Of a stretch of 64,000 nt of DNA, positions 8,263 through 16,332 are shown one piece after another. The first letter of the stretch is position 1. The number at the start of each line of letters is the position of its first letter. Made by a program: the position numbers and the translations under genes. The stretch is from the NCBI GenBank assembly GCA_030647485.1, contig JAUSJT010000001.1:12947-76946 (forward strand), written 5' to 3'. A model generated the notes under the pieces. It ran no database searches. It saw only the letters and a list, made by a program, of their open reading frames with translations, and was not told the origin of the DNA. Source of the DNA: a bacterium (lineage in GTDB: Bacteria > Patescibacteriota > Minisyncoccia > Minisyncoccales > UBA10102).

Positions 8263-8701
8263 GTTTTAGCTCGCGCTCGATTTCGCGGTCTGCTTCCCGC
8301 TTTTTTATCTTTTCTCGTTTGTCGTATTTCTTTTGGCCCTTTGCCAAAGCGAACTCGAGCTTAATCTTGTGTTTTTGAGTATACACCTTGAGGGGCAGCA
8401 AAGTCAAGCCTCGTTCTTTGCTCTTTCCTATTAAAGAATTGAGCTCTTTCTTGTGTACCAAGAGTTTGCGGGATCGCTCTGGGTTGTACCCTGCGGGAGC
8501 GTTCTTGGGCTGGTATGGTGGCACTTGAGACCCTACCAGAAAGAGTTCTCCCTTCTGCAGCACAACATACGAGCCCGTGAGATTCATTCGTCCCAGGCGT
8601 ATGGATTTTACTTCTTGGCCATTCAATACTAAGCCCGCCTGGAAGGTTTCCAAGACGTCATAGTCAAACTTCGCCTTTCTGTTTTCAGCTAATACTCCCA
8701 T
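8255..8701 (-). CDS. smpB: SsrA-binding protein SmpB
   Basis: 148 aa. NRKAKFDYDVLETFQAGLVLNGQEVKS and the C-terminal basic tail are typical of SmpB. Confidence 0.95.
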   Translation of the reverse strand: MGVLAENRKAKFDYDVLETFQAGLVLNGQEVKSIRLGRMNLTGSYVVLQKGELFLVGSQVPPYQPKNAPAGYNPERSRKLLVHKKELNSLIGKSKERGLTLLPLKVYTQKHKIKLEFALAKGQKKYDKREKIKKREADREIERELKRG

Positions 8702-8749
8702 AGTGTTGCAGTTTCATTCTAGATGAAAATACGTTAAACTGAAAGCGTA

Positions 8750-10486
8750 ATGATCAAGGAAGAAATTAAAAATCTCGTGCGACAAGCTTGTCTGAAGTTA
8801 GGTTTTCCCGTTGAAGAAATTGTGCTCGAACATCCAGAAAACGTGGAACACGGTGATTATTCAACAAACGTTGCTTTGGTTTTGGCAAAACAGCTCGGTA
8901 AAAAACCTCGCGAAGTAGCAGAAAACATAGCAAAAACTATAAACTACAAACTAAGAACTGTAAACTCTATAGAAAAGGTTGAGGTTGCGGGCCCCGGATT
9001 CATCAATTTTTTTCTGTCGAAAGAGTATTTCTTTGACGTTCTTTCTTCTATTCTCAAGAAGAAGGGAAAATATGGTGCAGGCTCCGAAAAGAAAAAGATC
9101 ATTGTAGAATATTCAAGTCCTAATATCGCAAAGCCCTTTGGCATCGGCCATCTTCGCTCAACCCTTATTGGCCAGGCAATCTATAATCTCTATACATTCT
9201 TAGGATATAAGACTATTGGCATTAACTACCCGGGAGACTGGGGGACTCCTCATGGGAAGATTTTGTACCAGTTGAAAGAAAAACTTTTGAAAGGGAAAAC
9301 CGAAAAAGAGAAAAAAGAAATATTAGATAAAATCACTGTCCAGGATTTAGAATCTCTATACGTAGCATTCCACCAGAACACGACTCTCCAAATGGAAGAA
9401 GGGGCACGACTCTGGTTTAAGAAGCTAGAACAAAAAGATACAGAAGCACGAAGCCTTTGGGAGAAGATGAGAGAGGTGAGTTTTAGAGAATTTGAAAGGA
9501 TTTATAGTCTTCTAAATGTGAAGATCGATCATGTTATTGGAGAAAGCTTCTTTGAAGACAAGATGGAGGTTGTGGTGGAGGACTTTAAGAAGAAGGGGCT
9601 TGCACAAGAAAGCCAGGGAGCCTTGATTGTTTCTTTCCCTAATGAAATTCTTCCTCCCGCAATGCTTTTGAAATCAGATGGAGCAACTACATACTTCACA
9701 AGAGACTTGGCGAATATGGAGTACAGAATCTCAAAGTGGAAGCCAGACGCTATTGTTATTGAAACGGGAGTAGAGCAAACCTTACATTTTCAGCAGGTAT
9801 TCCTTGCTTCAAAGCTCATTGGCTACGCAAAAGATGAAGAATTGGTCCATGCCTTTCATGGGTTGTATAGAACAAAAGAAGGAAAATTCTCCACAAGGAA
9901 GGGCCAGACCATTCATTTGGAAGATGTGTTAAGAGAAGCTATAAAAAAAGCCCATGAGATTATTGAGCAATCAGAAACTGTGCGCGGATTGAGTGAGCAG
10001 GAGAAAGCAGAAGTTGCAAAAGCAGTAGGGATCGGAGGAATCAAGTACAATGATCTTTCCCAGCATCCTTCAGGGGATATCGTGTTTGACTGGGGAAAGA
10101 TTCTGAACTTGAAAGGGAATTCAGCTCCCTACCTTCAGTACACGTATGCTAGATGCAAGAGTATCCTCCGCAAGTCCAAACTTAATCCCATTAAGTTTAA
10201 ACTTAATGGAGTTAAGTCATCCCCAGAGGAGATGGCGTTGCTTCGGCTGCTGTATCGATTTGAAGAGGTGGTGCAAGAAGCAGCAGAAAAGTTTTCTCCA
10301 AATCTCGTCTGTAATTTTGTGTTTGATCTTGCTCAACGGTATAACCTGTTTTACAACACTAATCCTGTGTTGAAGGCAGAAACCAAAGAATTAAAAGACT
10401 TTCGTTTGCTACTCACTGCCGCTGTTGCGCAGATTATTAAGAATGGTTTATCCCTTTTGGGTATTGCTGCCCCTGAAAGAATGTGA
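8750..10486 (+). CDS. argS: Arginyl-tRNA synthetase
   Basis: 578 aa. HGDYSTNVAL add-1 domain, class I HIGH-like SPNIAKPFGIGHLRS, and a C-terminal DALR anticodon-binding region. Confidence 0.95.
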   Translation: MIKEEIKNLVRQACLKLGFPVEEIVLEHPENVEHGDYSTNVALVLAKQLGKKPREVAENIAKTINYKLRTVNSIEKVEVAGPGFINFFLSKEYFFDVLSSILKKKGKYGAGSEKKKIIVEYSSPNIAKPFGIGHLRSTLIGQAIYNLYTFLGYKTIGINYPGDWGTPHGKILYQLKEKLLKGKTEKEKKEILDKITVQDLESLYVAFHQNTTLQMEEGARLWFKKLEQKDTEARSLWEKMREVSFREFERIYSLLNVKIDHVIGESFFEDKMEVVVEDFKKKGLAQESQGALIVSFPNEILPPAMLLKSDGATTYFTRDLANMEYRISKWKPDAIVIETGVEQTLHFQQVFLASKLIGYAKDEELVHAFHGLYRTKEGKFSTRKGQTIHLEDVLREAIKKAHEIIEQSETVRGLSEQEKAEVAKAVGIGGIKYNDLSQHPSGDIVFDWGKILNLKGNSAPYLQYTYARCKSILRKSKLNPIKFKLNGVKSSPEEMALLRLLYRFEEVVQEAAEKFSPNLVCNFVFDLAQRYNLFYNTNPVLKAETKELKDFRLLLTAAVAQIIKNGLSLLGIAAPERM

Positions 10487-10677
10487 TAGAATAAAAGTAT
10501 GACCAAATCACCATGCTGCTAACAAATACGTTAAAAACCTGGGCAAGCTTTGCTTCGAGTGTTGTACAGACCTGACGAGAGGATAGGTTTTATGTTTTGC
10601 CAATAATATTGAAACCTGCCCTCTCGGCAGGTTTTAAGTTGCTCTTTATAAGCCGAGAAGAAGGAGTTGTGAATACT

Positions 10678-10848
10678 ATGAATGCGGATACACAAGGGCC
10701 GACTAGCAAGGATCAAGACGAGGGGTTGACGCCTAGAGATCGTTTGGCGCTCCGATTTGAACGTATGGATAAGGAGTTAAAGAATCCGAACCTGATCCCG
10801 GATGAACGATACGCGATCGTTGCCCCATTCGTACACTGGATTGAGTAA
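10678..10848 (+). CDS. Small hypothetical protein (56 aa), GC-rich cassette
   Basis: SD GAAGGAG lies 8 nt before the ATG at 10678. Followed by GGCTATC/GATAGCC hairpin plus T-run. No recognisable motif. Confidence 0.4.
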   Translation: MNADTQGPTSKDQDEGLTPRDRLALRFERMDKELKNPNLIPDERYAIVAPFVHWIE

Positions 10849-10942
10849 GTCTTCGCCCCATAGCGTAAGGGGCTATCTATAATAGGATAGCCCTTTTTCT
10901 TTGCCGTTGAAAAAAAGAAGAAAAAATGATACTTTGTAAGAT

Positions 10943-13900
10943 ATGGAGATAAATTTTCCGAAACTTGAAGAAGAAGTTTTAGAGCGCTGGAAAAAGGAAA
11001 AAGCGTTTGAAAGATCAGTTTCTCGTAGAAAGACGGGCAAGCGTTTTGTGTTTTATGAGGGTCCTCCTACTGCAAACGGAAAACCTGGTATTCATCACGT
11101 GCTTTCTCGGGCTTTTAAGGATGTGATACTTCGCTACAAGACGATGAGGGGTTTTTTTGTTGAGAGAAGGGCTGGATGGGATACTCATGGGCTTCCCGTG
11201 GAGCTTCAAATTGAAAAGAAGCTTGGGTTAAAATCAAAGAAAGACATTGAGAAGTACGGAATTGCGCAATTCAACAAAGAGTGCAAGCAATCGGTATGGG
11301 AGTACAAGAAAGAGTGGGAAAACTTAACTGAACGCATGGGGTTTTGGATTGATCTTAAAGATCCCTACGTTACGTATGAGACTTCGTATATTGAAACTTT
11401 GTGGCGGATTATACAGAAATTCTGGCAGAAGGGTTTGTTGTACAAAGGACATAAGGTGATTTTGTATTGTTCACGATGCGGAACTTCTTTGTCTTCACAC
11501 GAGGTGGCACAGGGGTATAAGACCGTTGAAGACACTTCTATATACGTGAAGTTTAAGTTAAAGCCAGGGCAGAGGATAGGTGATTGGGCAACAGATGATT
11601 CCACCTATATCCTTTCTTGGACCACAACTCCCTGGACTTTGCCTGGCAATGTTGCCTTAGCAGTGGGAGAGAAAATCCAGTACGTTCGTGTCCAGCCCAA
11701 GGACATGAATGAAACATACATTCTTGCTAAAGATTTAGTTCGTACAGTTTTTAAGGAGTTTGATGGAGAAGAAGTTAGTTCTTTTAGTGGGAAAGACTTG
11801 ATTGATTTGTCGTATGAACAACTTTTTCCTATACTATCTCTTCGCAACGAGAAATCGCATAAAATCTATGCCGCAGATTTTGTTACAACAACAGACGGCA
11901 CCGGAGTTGTGCATACTGCGGTCATGTACGGGGAGGATGACTACAATCTTGGGGTGAAGGTTGGCCTGCCTCAGCATCACACCGTTACAGAAACTGGCGC
12001 GTTCACTCAAGAGATACCAGGAGGGCTTGCGGGGTTGCCCGTCAGAGTAAAAGAAACAGACGAAAAGATATTTGCATACCTCAAGGAGCATAATATGTTT
12101 CTTGCGACTTTAACGTATTCTCATGAGTATCCTTTCTGTTGGAGATGCTCCACTCCTCTATTGTACTACGCTAAAGACAGCTGGTTTGTGAATATGCAGA
12201 AAGTGAAGCAGGCCTTGATTGCGAATAATAAAAAGATTAATTGGGTCCCCTCTCATCTCAAAGAAGGGAGAATGGGAGAGTGGCTGCGAGAGGTGAAAGA
12301 CTGGGCGTTTTCCCGCGAGCGGTATTGGGGGACTCCATTGCCGATATGGGAATGTAAAAAGTGCGAGCACAGAGAGGTCATAGGTTCCCTTGAGGAGTTG
12401 CGAGAGAAAACCAGATCTTTGAACGTCTACTATTTGCTGCGCCATGGATACTCGGAAAAGCAGAGATTACACATTTCTTCTTCTTGGCCAGAGCCAGTGC
12501 CCATGCCCTTGCTCGCTCAAGGCGTGAAAGAAGCAGAAAAAGCAGCCCGCGCATTAAAGAAGAAAAATATTGATATCATTATCTCTTCAGATCTGCTTCG
12601 CACCAAGCAAACCGCTGAAATTGTAGGGAAAGAGCTTGGCGTTAAGGTTGTTTATGACCCGCTTATTCGAGAAGAAGACGCAGGCATATTTAATGGGAAA
12701 AACATAGAGGAAACAGGCAAGTTTTATCGGAAACCAGGAGAAACGCCCCTTGAGCACTATCTAAGACGATTTGAGATTGCTCGTCCCGAAGGAGAAAGCT
12801 GGCTTGATGTGCAGAAAAGAGCGCATCAGTTCATGAAGAATCTGGAAGAGAAGTATAGGGGCAAGTCAATCCTTATTGTAAGCCATTCTTTGGTTCTTGA
12901 ATTAATTGAGTCCACTATGCTTGGGCTTTCTCGGATTGAATTTGAAAAACGATGGATCAAGACCCATATAAAAAGTGGAGAATGGCGAAAGATCGCTTAT
13001 GCCGCTTTTCCTTACAATGAGAATATGGAAGTTGATCTTCATCGTCCTTACATTGATAATGTTGTGTTTTCATGCCCCGCATGCAAGACAGGCACTATGC
13101 AACGAGTGAAAGAGGTTGCTGACGTATGGTATGATTCTGGAGCCATGCCATTCGCTCAGGCCCACTGGCCTTTCGCGAAAAATCCGAAATCCGAAATCCG
13201 AAATCCGAAACCACCCATACTTTTTCCTGCAGACTATATCGTTGAGGGCATAGACCAGACCAGGGGATGGTTCTACACACTTCTTGCGGTTTCCACACTG
13301 CTTGGATTTAGCGCTCCATACAAAAACGTTATCTCTTTCAGCCATGTTTTGGACGAGAAGGGAGAAAAGATGTCCAAGTCCAAGGACAACGTGGTTGACC
13401 CCTGGGATATGATAAAAAAGTACGGCATTGACGCGGTGCGCTGGTACTTCTTTACCATGAACAATCCTGGGGATCCCAAACTTTTTTCTGAAAAGGATAT
13501 TCAGGAAGTTCTTCGCAAGTTCATACTCACCCTCTGGAATTCTTTTGTGTTCTTGAAAACCTATTGTCCTAAGCTTCGCTTAGGAACTCCTAAGCGAAGC
13601 TTAAGCAGCAACGTCTTAGACGAATGGATTTTATCGCGGCTTGTTGGGACAACTAAAGAAATAACGGAAAAGATGGACACGTATGACGTGACAGGAGCAG
13701 GAAGGAGTTTGGAGAGTTTTGTTATCAACGATCTTTCTCTTTGGTATATTAGGAGATCAAGGACACGATTCCAGAATCCCGAAAGTGTGAAAGATTTTAA
13801 AGAAGCATCGACAACGCTTTCTTTTGTCCTCTTGCAAACATCTAAACTTGCAGCTCCTTTTGTTCCCTTTCTTAGTGAACATATCCATGATGCTTTGCAA

Positions 13901-14494
13901 GCAAAGGGAAGCGTGCACTGGGAAGATTGGCCCTTCGACTCGCCCGCCAAAGGCGGCCTCGCTCAGGACAGGCCTAAGCAAGACAAAAAACTTGAAGCAG
14001 AAATGGCGCTAGTCCGTGATCTTGTCACGAAAGCGCTTGCAGAACGCGCAAAAGCGCAGCTCAAGGTGCGACAGCCCCTGTCCATCCTTATGATCAAGGG
14101 TAGTGGCAAGGAAATCCGAAAAGACCTTTTGACATTACTCAAAGACGAAATAAATGTGAAAGTGGTTGTGTTTGATAAAAATCTCAAGAATGAGGTTGAA
14201 TTGGATACAGCACTGACCCCCCAGCTAAAAGAAGAGGGCCAGGTACGGGAGATATTGAGAAGCATCCAGGGAATGAGAAAGGAAGCAGGATACAAGCCGC
14301 AGAATAAGATTGTTCTTTGGTATTCTGGAGATCAAGAGCTTTGCGCCCTCATTTCAAAAAACGCAGTTATTTTAAAAAAGAGCGTGGGCGCAAAAACCAT
14401 AAAACAAGGCATTCCAGAAAACGGAAAATCTGAAAAAGGAAAACAGATTTTATTCGAGGGCAAATCCCTGTGGCTTAGTATTCGCAAAATTTGA
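10943..14494 (+). CDS. ileS: Isoleucyl-tRNA synthetase (type 2-like) with an inserted histidine-phosphatase (PGAM-family) domain
   Basis: 1183 aa. HIGH region PPTANGKPGIHHVLSR, WAFSRERYWGTPLPIW, DLHRPYID, DVWYDSG, and KMSKS (13369-13383 region, protein KMSKSKDN). Insert at about aa 493-696 has RHG, SSDLLRTKQTAE, GESWLDVQKR and VSHS motifs. Confidence 0.95.
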   Translation: MEINFPKLEEEVLERWKKEKAFERSVSRRKTGKRFVFYEGPPTANGKPGIHHVLSRAFKDVILRYKTMRGFFVERRAGWDTHGLPVELQIEKKLGLKSKKDIEKYGIAQFNKECKQSVWEYKKEWENLTERMGFWIDLKDPYVTYETSYIETLWRIIQKFWQKGLLYKGHKVILYCSRCGTSLSSHEVAQGYKTVEDTSIYVKFKLKPGQRIGDWATDDSTYILSWTTTPWTLPGNVALAVGEKIQYVRVQPKDMNETYILAKDLVRTVFKEFDGEEVSSFSGKDLIDLSYEQLFPILSLRNEKSHKIYAADFVTTTDGTGVVHTAVMYGEDDYNLGVKVGLPQHHTVTETGAFTQEIPGGLAGLPVRVKETDEKIFAYLKEHNMFLATLTYSHEYPFCWRCSTPLLYYAKDSWFVNMQKVKQALIANNKKINWVPSHLKEGRMGEWLREVKDWAFSRERYWGTPLPIWECKKCEHREVIGSLEELREKTRSLNVYYLLRHGYSEKQRLHISSSWPEPVPMPLLAQGVKEAEKAARALKKKNIDIIISSDLLRTKQTAEIVGKELGVKVVYDPLIREEDAGIFNGKNIEETGKFYRKPGETPLEHYLRRFEIARPEGESWLDVQKRAHQFMKNLEEKYRGKSILIVSHSLVLELIESTMLGLSRIEFEKRWIKTHIKSGEWRKIAYAAFPYNENMEVDLHRPYIDNVVFSCPACKTGTMQRVKEVADVWYDSGAMPFAQAHWPFAKNPKSEIRNPKPPILFPADYIVEGIDQTRGWFYTLLAVSTLLGFSAPYKNVISFSHVLDEKGEKMSKSKDNVVDPWDMIKKYGIDAVRWYFFTMNNPGDPKLFSEKDIQEVLRKFILTLWNSFVFLKTYCPKLRLGTPKRSLSSNVLDEWILSRLVGTTKEITEKMDTYDVTGAGRSLESFVINDLSLWYIRRSRTRFQNPESVKDFKEASTTLSFVLLQTSKLAAPFVPFLSEHIHDALQAKGSVHWEDWPFDSPAKGGLAQDRPKQDKKLEAEMALVRDLVTKALAERAKAQLKVRQPLSILMIKGSGKEIRKDLLTLLKDEINVKVVVFDKNLKNEVELDTALTPQLKEEGQVREILRSIQGMRKEAGYKPQNKIVLWYSGDQELCALISKNAVILKKSVGAKTIKQGIPENGKSEKGKQILFEGKSLWLSIRKI
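12419..13030 (+). other. Histidine phosphatase superfamily (branch 1, PGAM-like) domain embedded in IleRS
   Basis: YYLLRHGYSE (RHG at 12440-12448), IIISSDLLRTKQTAEIV, PEGESWLDVQKRAHQF, ILIVSHSLVLE (His codon at 12884-12886). Flanked on both sides by canonical IleRS sequence in the same frame. Confidence 0.75.
13180..13207 (+). repeat. Tandem heptamer AAATCCG x4 inside ileS
   Basis: Read directly from the sequence. Encodes KNPKSEIRNPKP in a surface-loop position just after the conserved AQAHWPF. Confidence 0.9.
13568..13605 (+). repeat. 38-nt double-hairpin palindromic element (CCTAAGC type) in frame in ileS
   Basis: CCTAAGCTTCGCTTAGG-AACT-CCTAAGCGAAGCTTAAG encodes PKLRLGTPKRSLS. 34/38 identical to the element in pth (47901-47940). 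Confidence 0.85.
13929..13974 (+). repeat. TTCGACT...TCGCTCAGG element (expanded copy) in frame in ileS
   Basis: GGCCCTTCGACT-CGCCCGCCAAAGGCGGCC-TCGCTCAGGACAGGCC encodes PFDSPAKGGLAQDRP. Shares its ends with the copies at 39619 and 55170 and is followed by another CCTAAGC. Confidence 0.7.
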
Positions 14495-14565
14495 TTTTTT
14501 GAGTGATTTGTGCTACCTATAATATAGTTGAGAAAGCACATTCTTGGGTAGAGGAGGAATATCTC

Positions 14566-15012
14566 ATGGCGATTTCTGTAGGCTTTGAGGATCGCGTAGC
14601 CCGGGCTCTGGTGCAGTATGGGTTCATTACTGAGGCCCAACTGGATCAGGCGCGGAAGCAGGCAGGGGATCTCCTGGAGGCGCTGGTCTCCATGGGCTTC
14701 ATAGGCCGGGAGAGCCTCATCACTGCACTCTCTCTCCATCTGCGGGTGCCTGTGGTAGACCTGAAGCAAATGGAGGTAGATCCGGAGGCGGTGAAGCTGC
14801 TGCCGGAGAAGTACGCCCGGCAGTACAAGGTGTTGCCGGTTGGATTCGCCCCGGACGGCTCTTTGAGGGTAGTGACAAAGAGTCCAAATGACTTCCTGCT
14901 ATCGTCCCAACTCTCCTCAGCGACCGGGCGCCAGGTGCGGTTTGCCCTGGCTCTGGGCGAAGGGCTGGAGGTTCTTATCGACCGGTCCTACAGCCGCCTG
15001 GGGAGTCAATAG
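14566..15012 (+). CDS. Stand-alone T2SS/T4P ATPase N-terminal (GspE_N / MshEN-like) domain protein
   Basis: 148 aa from MAISVGF with SD GAGGAGG upstream. RVARALVQYGFITEAQLDQARKQ resembles the MshEN-type motif. A second half-repeat follows (LPEKYARQYKVLPV). No ATPase domain. Confidence 0.7.
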   Translation: MAISVGFEDRVARALVQYGFITEAQLDQARKQAGDLLEALVSMGFIGRESLITALSLHLRVPVVDLKQMEVDPEAVKLLPEKYARQYKVLPVGFAPDGSLRVVTKSPNDFLLSSQLSSATGRQVRFALALGEGLEVLIDRSYSRLGSQ

Positions 15013-15030
15013 CGAGGACTGAATCTCCTT

Positions 15031-15070
15031 AGCCCCGTGTGCGCCAAGCGCCGCACGGGGCTCTTTTTTT
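15031..15070 (+). terminator. Rho-independent terminator
   Basis: AGCCCCGTG...CACGGGGCT stem followed by CTTTTTTTC. Confidence 0.7.
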
Positions 15071-15163
15071 CAATAAGTAAGACATGGTCTTCCTATGCTC
15101 TTCCTATGCACACAAAAATGACAAAGGAAAGAACATACGATATAATGAGACACGTTAAACAAT

Positions 15164-15514
15164 ATGGAGATTCGCATTATCAAAGAGCCAATCACAAGAG
15201 AAGAGCTGAAACGTATAGCGCAGGAGCGTTACGGGGATTTAGTGAAAGCTGTTGTTGATGTAGAACAGGGTATTATGGCCGTGGGTGGAGGATTCCATGC
15301 GTACGAAGAGGTGTTGTTAATGGAACAAGAGCATTCAAAGCGTGAGCATACGTGGGGTATCAATCTGTTGCCAAATATATCGGGCGAGGGATTTCTGGAG
15401 TTTGATTCCCTTGTTAACCTCAAACCGTGGCTTGGGAATCGTTCGCGAGGTGTTGAAGCTGCAACGATCCGTGAGCAGATAAAAAAGATTGTAGAAAAGT
15501 TGATTTTGCCATGA
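15164..15514 (+). CDS. Hypothetical protein (DUF5674-like by recollection)
   Basis: 116-aa ORF. Stop overlaps the next start by 4 nt. No catalytic motif recognised. Confidence 0.55.
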   Translation: MEIRIIKEPITREELKRIAQERYGDLVKAVVDVEQGIMAVGGGFHAYEEVLLMEQEHSKREHTWGINLLPNISGEGFLEFDSLVNLKPWLGNRSRGVEAATIREQIKKIVEKLILP

Positions 15515-15849
15515 CGAGAGTTTTTTGGCACAAGGAAGCAGCGGCTGGAGCATGGGCACGTTTTTCCTTAGAAGAACAGATGGCAAACATTGGAAGCGAG
15601 ATAGGAAGAGCCACAAAGTGGCAAGACGAGAATACTTCCTTGTTCCGCGGAGCAGTAGAAAGAGCATTAGAGCTTTTTGATCTAACGCTCGATGATCCAC
15701 GGTGGAAAGGCAAGAATAATGAGATTGCCCTTGCGAAAGAAGTATTTTGTGATGCGGTATTGGGTGGCAAGGAGTACAAGGAATCGCTTCCTGCATTGGA
15801 GAAATATTTTCTTCCATTCGCTTTCGCAGCCAGGAGGCATCTGACTTGA
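15511..15849 (+). CDS. Hypothetical protein
   Basis: 112-aa ORF, translationally coupled to the upstream ORF. Confidence 0.5.
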   Translation: MTRVFWHKEAAAGAWARFSLEEQMANIGSEIGRATKWQDENTSLFRGAVERALELFDLTLDDPRWKGKNNEIALAKEVFCDAVLGGKEYKESLPALEKYFLPFAFAARRHLT

Positions 15850-15855
15850 CATTTC

Positions 15856-16332
15856 ATGGCAACGCACCAGAGAACGAAAGGCATTATACTGCAGAGAAGA
15901 GACGTTGGAGAGTATGACCGAGTGATTACGGCGTACACGCAAGACTTCGGAAAACTCAAGCTTGTTGCGATTTCTGCAAGAAAGATTACATCAAAACTTC
16001 GTGGGGGGTTAGAACCCCTTTGTCTTTCAGAGTTGGAGTTTATAGAAGGCAGGTCTCGTCTTGTGGTGACAGACGCAAAATCGTATGAGCGCTATGGCAT
16101 TATACGGGGAGATCTTGCAAGATTGCAAACTGCGTTTCAGGTTTTAGATTCCGTAGACCGCCTCGTACAAGGACAGGAAGCGGATCTTAATATATGGGAG
16201 TTGCTTTCTGAAACCCTGTCTTTTCTTAATAACTCGTTGGTTATCCCTCAAGAAGCGTTATCTCAATTCAACCCCCGCTTCTTTGCTCTTCTGGGATACG
16301 GTGGTATAACAAAGAATTATGCGACTAGGTAG
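15856..16332 (+). CDS. recO: DNA repair protein RecO (short form, OB-fold N-domain)
   Basis: TKGIILQRRDVGEYDRVITAYTQDFGKLKLVAISARK is a typical RecO N-terminus. At 158 aa it is shorter than canonical RecO. Confidence 0.7.
   Translation: MATHQRTKGIILQRRDVGEYDRVITAYTQDFGKLKLVAISARKITSKLRGGLEPLCLSELEFIEGRSRLVVTDAKSYERYGIIRGDLARLQTAFQVLDSVDRLVQGQEADLNIWELLSETLSFLNNSLVIPQEALSQFNPRFFALLGYGGITKNYATR

Noticed and set aside
13180-13207. Short tandem repeats and the triple hairpin element as a CRISPR array
   Set aside because: Units are 7 nt with no spacers. The 72-nt elements are 10-17 kb apart. No cas genes are present. Not CRISPR.
10943-14494. The oversized ileS (1183 aa) as a frameshift or fusion artefact of two genes
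   Set aside because: It is a single uninterrupted frame with canonical IleRS motifs on both sides of the phosphatase insert and no internal start or stop signals. Misassembly cannot be excluded without reads, so the insert is flagged as a finding rather than dismissed.
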